DNA of 64,000 bases, taken from contig JAXHNB010000005.1 of the NCBI GenBank assembly GCA_034520945.1, forward strand, positions 480,001 through 544,000, given 5' to 3'. This document shows, one piece after another, positions 55,661 through 64,000 of the stretch (position 1 is the first letter of the stretch; every line of letters begins with the position of its first letter). The stretch is from Trueperaceae bacterium (GTDB taxonomy: Bacteria; Deinococcota; Deinococci; Deinococcales; Trueperaceae). The translations under genes and the position numbers were made by a program. Under the pieces are notes generated by a model. It did no database searches. It saw nothing but the letters and a program-made list of their open reading frames with translations, and was not told the DNA's origin.

Positions 55661-58008
55661 GGATCCCGCACGGCTGGCTGGCGGAGCTGGTGCCGGGGTT
55701 GCCCGACGCCGACGCCTTGAGCGAGCTCCTGCCCGGGCTGGGCCTGGGGGTCGAGGCGGTGCACGAACGACCGGCGGCGCCGGCGGGCGTGGTGGTGGCG
55801 GAGGTGCGCGAGGTTTTGAAGATCGAGGGGTCCGACCACCTGCTGCGCGTACGCGCGTTCGACGGGCGCGATACGCACCAGGTGGTGTGCGGCGCGCCGA
55901 ACTGCCGGCCCGGCGTCCGCAGCGCGCTGGTGCCGCCCGGCACCGAGCTGCCGGCCGCCGGCCTGCGCGTGGAGCGCCGCACCCTGGCCGGCGTGGAGAG
56001 CGCCGGCATGCTGGCGTCGCCGCGGGAGCTGGGCCTGTTCGACCACGCCGCCGGCATCCTCACGCTGCCGCCGGACACGCCGCTCGGCCTGGACCTGCAG
56101 GAGGTCTGGCCGGCCGAGACGGTGCTGGAGTTGGAACTCACCCCCAACCGGGCGGACGCGTTCAGCCTGCTGGGCGTGGCGCGCGACCTGTGCGCCAAGC
56201 TGGGCGTGAGCCTGCGCCACCCCGCCGCCGGCGCCACGCCCGCGGACGGGGACGACGACGCCTTCGAGGTGCAGGTCGCGGACCCCGAGGGCTGTCCGCA
56301 CCTGGTGACCCGACGCATCACCGGCGTGCGGGTGGGGCCCAGTCCCGTGTGGCTGCAACGCCGCCTGGCCGCGCTGGGGCTCCGGCCCCGCAACAACGTC
56401 GTCGACGTCACCAACTACGTCACGTTCGAGCTGGGCCAACCGACGCACGCCTACGACCGCCGCGCCCTGCCGAAGGGCGTGCTGCAGGTCCGCCGCGCCG
56501 AGGCCGGCGAAGAGGTCCAGTTGCTGGATGAACGGACCTACGCGCTGGACCCGCGCGACCTGGTCATCGCCACGCCGAACGAGCACGGCGCGTCCAGCCC
56601 CGTCGGCCTGGCCGGCGTGATGGGCGGCCTGCACGACAGCGTGCGGGCCGACAGCGACGAGGTGGTGCTGGAGGCGGCGCACTTCGACCCGGTGTCGATC
56701 CGCAAGACCGCCAAGCGGCACGGCCTGCACAGCGACGCGCACTACCGCTTCGAACGCGGTGTCGACCCGGCCCTGCCCCCCGTCGCGGCGGCCCGCGCCG
56801 CCGCGCTGATCGCCGAGACCTCCGGCGGCACGGTGGTGCCCGCCCGCAGCCGGACCGGCGGCGCGCCCGCGCCGGCCGAGATCGACTTCCGCCCCTCGCG
56901 CGTGTCGTTCCTGATGGCGTTCGACGTCGAGGCGCCGTTGCAACGCCGCTACCTGGAGGCGCTCGGTTGCGAGGTGCACGAAGACGAAGCGGACGCCTGG
57001 CGGGTGCGGCCGCCCAGCTGGCGCTTCGACCTGAGCATCGAGGAGGACCTGGTCGAGGAGGTGGGGCGGCTGCACGGCTACGAGCACGTCGGGGCGACCC
57101 GGCCGGACCTGTCGTTCACGCCGCCGCACACCGACCCGACCCACCGGGCGTTGCGCGACGCGCTGGCGGCGGCCGGGCTGCAGGAGACGATCGCGTACGT
57201 GTTCAGCGGCGACGAGGAGCTGGCGCGCGCCCACGCCCCCGAGGCGCGGGTCCGGCTGTCCAACCCGCAGGGGGTCGAGCGCGCGCGGCTCCGCACCGCC
57301 CTGCACCCCGGCCTGCTGGCCGCCGCCGCCGCCAACCGCGGCGCGGACGGCCTGGCGCTGTTCGAGATCGGGCGGGTGTTCCTGGAGCCCGAGGAGGAAC
57401 GGCTCGCCGTCCTGCTGTCCGGCGCGTGGGAGCGCGGCGTGTGGCGCGAGGGCACGCGCGTGGACGTGTGGCGCCTGCGCGGCGTGCTGGAGGGGCTGGC
57501 GACGCGTTGGCGCGCCGCCCTGGAGGTGCGGCCCGCCAGGCCGGAGGAGGCGCCGATGCTGCACCCCGGCGTGGCGGGTGTGGTGTCGTGGGAGGGGCGC
57601 GAGGTCGGCATCATGGGCCGGCTCCACCCCGAAGTGGCCGCCGCGTACGAGCTGGCGGACGTCTACCTGGCGGAGCTGACCCTCCCGCTGGCGCCCGGCC
57701 CGCTGGCGATCGAGGACGTGCCCCGCCAGCCGTACGCCGAACGCGACCTGGCGATCGTGGCGCCGGCGGAGGTGCCGTACGCGCGCCTGGCCGCCCTGGT
57801 GCGGGAGCCCGCCGGCCCGCGCCTGGTGCACGCCGAACCGTTCGACGTCTACCAGGGCCCCCCGCTGGGCAGCCACGAGCGAAGCGTCGCCATCCGGCTG
57901 CGCTGGCGGCACCCCGAGCGGGCGCTGCGGGACGAAGAGGTCGACGCCTGGCTGGCGGCGGTCGCAGACGCGGTGCGGGCGGCGGGCTTCGGCATTCGCG
58001 GCTCGTAG
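55657..58008 (+). CDS. pheT: Phenylalanine-tRNA ligase beta subunit
   Basis: VVCGAPN, TPNRAD, NNVVDVTNY, RFERGVD, DLVEEVGRLHGY and FDVYQG motifs. Confidence 0.97.
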   Translation: MRIPHGWLAELVPGLPDADALSELLPGLGLGVEAVHERPAAPAGVVVAEVREVLKIEGSDHLLRVRAFDGRDTHQVVCGAPNCRPGVRSALVPPGTELPAAGLRVERRTLAGVESAGMLASPRELGLFDHAAGILTLPPDTPLGLDLQEVWPAETVLELELTPNRADAFSLLGVARDLCAKLGVSLRHPAAGATPADGDDDAFEVQVADPEGCPHLVTRRITGVRVGPSPVWLQRRLAALGLRPRNNVVDVTNYVTFELGQPTHAYDRRALPKGVLQVRRAEAGEEVQLLDERTYALDPRDLVIATPNEHGASSPVGLAGVMGGLHDSVRADSDEVVLEAAHFDPVSIRKTAKRHGLHSDAHYRFERGVDPALPPVAAARAAALIAETSGGTVVPARSRTGGAPAPAEIDFRPSRVSFLMAFDVEAPLQRRYLEALGCEVHEDEADAWRVRPPSWRFDLSIEEDLVEEVGRLHGYEHVGATRPDLSFTPPHTDPTHRALRDALAAAGLQETIAYVFSGDEELARAHAPEARVRLSNPQGVERARLRTALHPGLLAAAAANRGADGLALFEIGRVFLEPEEERLAVLLSGAWERGVWREGTRVDVWRLRGVLEGLATRWRAALEVRPARPEEAPMLHPGVAGVVSWEGREVGIMGRLHPEVAAAYELADVYLAELTLPLAPGPLAIEDVPRQPYAERDLAIVAPAEVPYARLAALVREPAGPRLVHAEPFDVYQGPPLGSHERSVAIRLRWRHPERALRDEEVDAWLAAVADAVRAAGFGIRGS

Positions 58009-58026
58009 CGAAGGTATGCTCGCGCC

Positions 58027-58569
58027 GTGAGCTGGATCGACGGCGTGTTCGCCCTGCTTCTGGCCGGAATGACGGCCTTCGGCGCCCACCGGCGCCTCAC
58101 CGGCCTGTGGGTCGGCGTGGGCGGGGTGCTGCTGCTGAGGCCGGTGCTGGGCCTGGCGGCGGCGTCGCCGTGGGTGGGCCTGGCGGCCGCCCTCGGCGGT
58201 GGCGTGCTGCTGGGCCTGGTGGGCCGCCACCTGTTCGTGGAGGCGCGCACCGGCCGGGTGTGGCAGCGCGTGCTGGGCGGTCTCGGCGGCGCCTCGCTGG
58301 GGGCGGCGCTGGTGCTGGCCATCGCGGTGTCGCTCCCGATCCAACGCAGCCCGTTCGACCCGAACCAGCTCTACTACCCGCCCCGTGACCTTCCCCCCCT
58401 GGTGCAGGGCGCCGTGTTGCGTTCCTGGACGATGGACGTGGGTCGCGACGTGCTGCTGTTCCCGTTGCTCGACGCGCAGAACGCCGTGCCCGAGGAACGC
58501 CGGGCGCTGCTGCGGGGGCTGCACCGCTTGCTGGTGGTGGGCAGGCCGTGGCGGCAGGAGGGAGGCTGA
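58027..58569 (+). CDS. Membrane protein, possibly CvpA-like
   Basis: MSWID N-terminus, several hydrophobic helices, RVLGGLGG motif; TATGCT 6 nt before GTG. Confidence 0.6.
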   Translation: MSWIDGVFALLLAGMTAFGAHRRLTGLWVGVGGVLLLRPVLGLAAASPWVGLAAALGGGVLLGLVGRHLFVEARTGRVWQRVLGGLGGASLGAALVLAIAVSLPIQRSPFDPNQLYYPPRDLPPLVQGAVLRSWTMDVGRDVLLFPLLDAQNAVPEERRALLRGLHRLLVVGRPWRQEGG

Positions 58570-58599
58570 GGGTCCCCCAAGCTAGGTAGACACGCGAGG

Positions 58600-58860
58600 A
58601 AGCGCAAGCCCGGTCCGCACGCGGACCGGTGACGAGGTGGAGGGCCCCCTGCGGTCCCGCGCCGCGGCCACCAGGCCGGTCGGCGACCCGGGGGGACAGG
58701 CGCACACCGAGAGGTGCGGCGCCGAAAACGCGAGAACGTCTGCGGGCCCCTCCCGAGATGGATCCCTCGCTCGCGTACACGCACGGATCCCTCGCGGCGA
58801 TGCACATCGCCGCCCCCGGCACCCGAGCGGTGCCGCCGGCCCGACCCGCCGGCCCAGCTC
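58600..58860 (+). ncRNA. glmS ribozyme-like RNA (variant with an internal insertion; 3' boundary uncertain)
   Basis: AGCGC cleavage motif, P1 hairpin, TGACGAGG core, GGAGGG/CCCTCC P2 and CGAGA..TGCGG, all directly upstream of glmS. Confidence 0.7.
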
Positions 58861-58902
58861 ACCCCGAACCGAAAACGCTGCTGAACACGAAACGGAGTCC
58901 AC

Positions 58903-60720
58903 ATGTGTGGAATCGTCGGTTACGTCGGCGCGCGTGACGCGTCGCCCATCGTCCTGGACGGGCTGTCCCGCCTGGAGTATCGCGGCTACGACTCCGCAGG
59001 CATCGTCAGCTTGGACGCGGACGGCGCCATGGCGCACGTCAAGCGGGCCGGCAAGCTACGGGTCCTGGCGGACGCCATGCAGCACGCGCCGCTGCCCGGA
59101 CACCTGGCCCTCGGCCACACCCGCTGGGCCACCCACGGCCGGCCCAGCGACGTCAACGCCCATCCTCACCTCAGCGAGGACGGCCGCCTGGCGATCATCC
59201 ACAACGGCATCATCGAGAACTACGCCCCGCTGCGCGCGCGGCTGCAGGACGCCGGCCACGCCTTCGCCAGCGAGACCGACAGCGAGGTGCTGGTCCACCT
59301 GATCGAGCACCACTACCGTGGCGACCTGGCCGCCGCCGTGCGGGCGGCGCTGCGGGAGGTCGAGGGCGCGTTCGCGCTGGTGTGCGCCCACGCCGGTCAC
59401 GACGAGATCGTGGCGGCGCGCGCCACCAGCCCGCTGGTGGTCGGCCTGGGCGACGGCGAGACCTTCCTGGCCAGCGACGTGCCGGCCCTGCTGCCCTACA
59501 CCCGCCGGGTGGTGTACCTCGCCGACGGCGACGTCGCCATCGTCCGCGCCTCGGGCCTGGAACTGCAGGACGTGGACGGCGCCCCCCGGCCGGTGCGCGA
59601 GGACCGCGTCGACTGGGACGCCGAGGCGGCCGAGAAGGGCGGCTACCCGCACTTCATGCTCAAGGAGATCTTCGAGCAGCCCACCGTGCTGCAGAACACC
59701 TTCGGCGGCCGCTTCGATCCCAGCGGCAGCGACGTGAACCTGGACCTGAGCTTGGATCCCGCCGCCGTGGACCGGGTGGTGATCACCGCGTGCGGCACCG
59801 CGTCGTACGCCGGCCAGGTCGGCCGCGCGTTGATCGAGCGCTGGGCGCGCCTGCCGGTCCAGGTGGAGGTCGCCAGCGAATTTCGCTACCAGCGGCCCGT
59901 GCTGGACGCGCGCACCCTGGTGGTGGCGGTCAGCCAGTCGGGCGAGACCATCGACACCCTCGGCGCGGTGCGACGCGCGCGCGAGGCGGGCGCGCGGACG
60001 CTGGCCGTCCTGAACGTGAAGGGCTCGTCCCTGGCGCGGGAGGTGGACGACGTGCTGTACGTGCACGCCGGGCCGGAGATCGGCGTGGCCAGCACCAAGG
60101 CGTACCTGGCGATGATCGCGGCGTTCGCGCTGCTGGCGCTGCGCCTGGGGCGGGCGCGCGGCACGCTCGGGGAGGACGAGGCCCGCGCGCTGATCGAGGA
60201 GCTGCGGCGCATGCCGGGCCTGGCGCAGGAGACCCTCGAGCGGAGGGACGCGGTCGACGCCGTCGCGGCCGGCCTCACCGGCGCGCGGGACGCCCTGTTC
60301 CTGGGGCGCGGCGTGCACGTCGCCACCGCCTTCGAGGGCGCCCTGAAGCTGAAGGAGATCAGCTACCTGCACGCCGAGGCGTACCCGACCGGCGAGATGA
60401 AGCACGGCCCCATCGCCCTGATCGACGAGCACATGCCGGTGATCGTGATCGCCACCGCCGGCGACACCTACGCCAAGACGGTGTCCAACATGCAGGAGGT
60501 GCGCGCGCGGGACGGGCGGCTGATCGCCATCGCCAGCGACGGCGACGATGACATCGCCCAGCAGGCCGACCAGGTGTTGTACGTGCCGCGCACCTCGGAG
60601 CTGCTCTCTGCGCTCCTGGTGGCGATCCCGCTGCAGCTGTTGGCGTACCAGGTGGCGGTGCGGTTGGGCCGCGACGTGGACCAGCCCCGCAACCTGGCGA
60701 AGAGCGTCACCGTGGAGTGA
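58903..60720 (+). CDS. glmS: Glutamine-fructose-6-phosphate transaminase
   Basis: MCGIVG, LEYRGYDSAG, GHTRWATHG, SQSGET and PRNLAKSVTVE motifs. Confidence 0.99.
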   Translation: MCGIVGYVGARDASPIVLDGLSRLEYRGYDSAGIVSLDADGAMAHVKRAGKLRVLADAMQHAPLPGHLALGHTRWATHGRPSDVNAHPHLSEDGRLAIIHNGIIENYAPLRARLQDAGHAFASETDSEVLVHLIEHHYRGDLAAAVRAALREVEGAFALVCAHAGHDEIVAARATSPLVVGLGDGETFLASDVPALLPYTRRVVYLADGDVAIVRASGLELQDVDGAPRPVREDRVDWDAEAAEKGGYPHFMLKEIFEQPTVLQNTFGGRFDPSGSDVNLDLSLDPAAVDRVVITACGTASYAGQVGRALIERWARLPVQVEVASEFRYQRPVLDARTLVVAVSQSGETIDTLGAVRRAREAGARTLAVLNVKGSSLAREVDDVLYVHAGPEIGVASTKAYLAMIAAFALLALRLGRARGTLGEDEARALIEELRRMPGLAQETLERRDAVDAVAAGLTGARDALFLGRGVHVATAFEGALKLKEISYLHAEAYPTGEMKHGPIALIDEHMPVIVIATAGDTYAKTVSNMQEVRARDGRLIAIASDGDDDIAQQADQVLYVPRTSELLSALLVAIPLQLLAYQVAVRLGRDVDQPRNLAKSVTVE

Positions 60721-60814
60721 CCCGGCGGCGCGCGACGCGGCCTACCCCACGGTCAACCGTCACGTCCGCAGGGATAGAGAGCTGCGTATGCTGGTGAATC
60801 GGGAGGCAGGCGAC

Positions 60815-61012
60815 ATGGAGGGTCAGACCCTTTCCGAACGCCAGATTCGCATCATCGGCGAGGTCAGCGCGATCCGCGACCCCGCCCTGTTGAACCGCAT
60901 CGAGCGGCTGATCGACGCCTACCGCAGCGGCCTGCGGGTCCTGAACGACCGCGAGATGGACGACATCCTCGCCGATCTTCGCCCCGGCGACCCGCCGAGC
61001 GAGGAGCGCTGA
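60815..61012 (+). CDS. Small hypothetical protein (65 aa)
   Basis: TATGCT at 60787, SD GGAGG, host-like codons, amphipathic helical sequence. Confidence 0.55.
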   Translation: MEGQTLSERQIRIIGEVSAIRDPALLNRIERLIDAYRSGLRVLNDREMDDILADLRPGDPPSEER

Positions 61013-61048
61013 GCCGGCGCGGCCCGCCCGCCTGGGGCCGGGCCGCGC

Positions 61049-61899
61049 TCAGCCGCGCGTCAGCAGGAACCACACCACCAGGGCTGCCACGGCGGCCCAC
61101 GCGACCCAGCGCGCGCGCCGCCCGCCCAGGCCGCCGCCGGCCTTCTTGATCGTGGCGCGGGCCTCCGCCGTCTCGCGCGCCCGGTCGGCCTTCTGCGCCC
61201 GCCGCAACGCCCGGACGCTCTTGGCGATCTCGCCCTTGCGGCGGTAGGCGACGCCGAGGTTGTGGTGCGCGTTCGGGAAGTCGTCGTTCACGTCCAGCGC
61301 ACGGCGGTACAGCGCGATGGCGTCGTCCACCCGTCCGTCCTCCAACGCCACGTTGCCGAGGTTCACCATCGCGCGGTAGTGGCGGGGGTCCAGTTGGAGG
61401 GCGCGCTCGAACGCGTCCTGCGCCTCGTTCGGCGCGTCGTCGAGGACCTTCGCGGTGCCCAACTGCGTGCGCCACTCCGCCTCCAGCAGGGCCGGCGGGT
61501 CGCCCTCGAGCGTCTCCAGCGCGACCTCTACCTCGCGCCGGTCCAGGGCAGGCCCGGCCGTCTCCAGGCGCGCCAGCTCCGCCTCGAACGCCTCCCACGG
61601 CAGCAGCGGCGGCCGGGCCTCCAACTGATCCAAGCGGCGCCGCGCCCGCGCCCAGGCCTTGTCGCGCAGCAGTCCCTGCACGTCCGCCAGTGCCCGCACC
61701 GCCGCCGCCTCGTCGCCGTCGTCTTCGTCCGCGCCCTCGCCCACGGCGATCAGGCGCAGGCGCGAGGCGGTCTCGAAGCGGCCCTCCGCCAGGAGCTCCC
61801 GCCAGCGGCGCGGGTCGGTCGCGGCGTCGGGGGCGGCCTCCGTCGAGGCGGCCTCCGTCGGTGCGGCGTCGGTCGTGGGGTCGCGTGTCTCGTCGTCGC

Positions 61900-61903
<4 letters not shown>
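61049..61903 (-). CDS. Tetratricopeptide-repeat protein with a C-terminal membrane anchor
   Basis: TPR motifs FERALQLDP, NLGNVAL and HHNLGVAY; C-terminal hydrophobic helix. Confidence 0.85.
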
Positions 61904-63300
<1,397 letters not shown>

Positions 63301-63395
63301 CGCGGGCCAGTGTACACGCAGGCAGTCGGATCGCTTACCGTTCTCATGGCCCGTGACGGCTATCCTTCCCGCATGCCGAACCTCGGGATGCGCGT

Positions 63396-64000
63396 ATGAA
63401 CCGTCGAATCATGATCCTCGTTGCCGGTCTGGTGCTGGTAAGCACGTGGGGGTGGGCCCAGTTCGGGAACGACCGCAGCGAGGAGTTCATGGACGATCCC
63501 ACCGGGCAGGCGCTGGTGCAGGTGTACGGGGCGCTCCGATCCAACTACCTCGACGAGGTGGACAGCGAAACCATTCTGCGCGGCGCGATCGAAGGGATGA
63601 TCGGCGCGCTGGACGACCCGTTCTCGTACTACCTGGAGCCGCGTTCGGCCGAACGGCAGGCGCAGGACCGTACCGGTTCGTTCGAAGGGATCGGCGCGGT
63701 GCTGACGCCGCTGAACCGGCAGACCGGCCGCGGGGTCGAAGTGCTGCAGGTCTACCAGGGCGGCCCGGCGGCGACCGCCGGCCTGCAGCGGGGCGACATC
63801 TTCCTGGAGGTGGACGGCACCGACGTGCGCAAGGCCACCATCAGCGACGTGGTCGATCTGGTCCGCGGCCCGCGCGGCACCGAGGTCGATCTGCGCATGC
63901 GCCGCCCCGGCCGGGATCAACCGGTCGACTTCGCCATTCAACGGGACCGCATCGACATCATCGACGTGGCGTCCACCATGCTGCAGGGCGACGTGGGCTA
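63396..64000 (+). CDS. S41 C-terminal processing protease (PDZ), 3' end outside window; absent from ORF track
   Basis: Manual translation MNRRIMILVAGLVL...GAIEGMIGALDDPFSYY...FEGIGA...GGPAATAGLQRGD...RGPRGTEV. Confidence 0.9.
   Translation, partial: MNRRIMILVAGLVLVSTWGWAQFGNDRSEEFMDDPTGQALVQVYGALRSNYLDEVDSETILRGAIEGMIGALDDPFSYYLEPRSAERQAQDRTGSFEGIGAVLTPLNRQTGRGVEVLQVYQGGPAATAGLQRGDIFLEVDGTDVRKATISDVVDLVRGPRGTEVDLRMRRPGRDQPVDFAIQRDRIDIIDVASTMLQGDVG

Overview
High-GC core-genome region of a Deinococcota bacterium, probably Trueperaceae-like. This placement is inferred from a TilS-TadA fusion, a Thermus-type pilMNOWQ-aroCKBQ block, fused SecDF, a probable CTG-initiated rpsL and many leaderless TAnnnT-N5-8-start genes. 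The window opens with the 3' part of an amylosucrase-like GH13 gene and the complete str-S10-spc-alpha ribosomal supercluster (rpsL to rplQ). It continues with deoB, tilS-tadA, lepA, a two-component pair, four minor pilins, scpB, aroQ/B/K/C, pilQ/W/O/N/M (frameshifted in pilQ and pilW), ftsH, dnaB and a PlsY plus acyl-ACP-reductase-like fusion with prmA and rsmE. It ends with rimP-nusA-ylxR-infB-uORF-secDF, a class V aminotransferase, pheST, glmS, a TPR protein, glgA and the start of an S41 protease. I saw no rRNA, tRNA, CRISPR array or IS element. Most unusual signals: (1) tuf is synonymously almost purely G/T-ending, with sharp edges at the ORF boundaries; (2) a signal-peptide uORF ending in RRNLEGG can pair with the secDF Shine-Dalgarno, a candidate new secretion-monitor arrest peptide; (3) a leaderless Phe-containing peptide attenuator precedes pheST; (4) a glmS-ribozyme variant carries a large structured insertion in its core; (5) the PlsY-reductase fusion has a degenerate PlsY domain. 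All calls come from reading motifs by eye; no database search was run.
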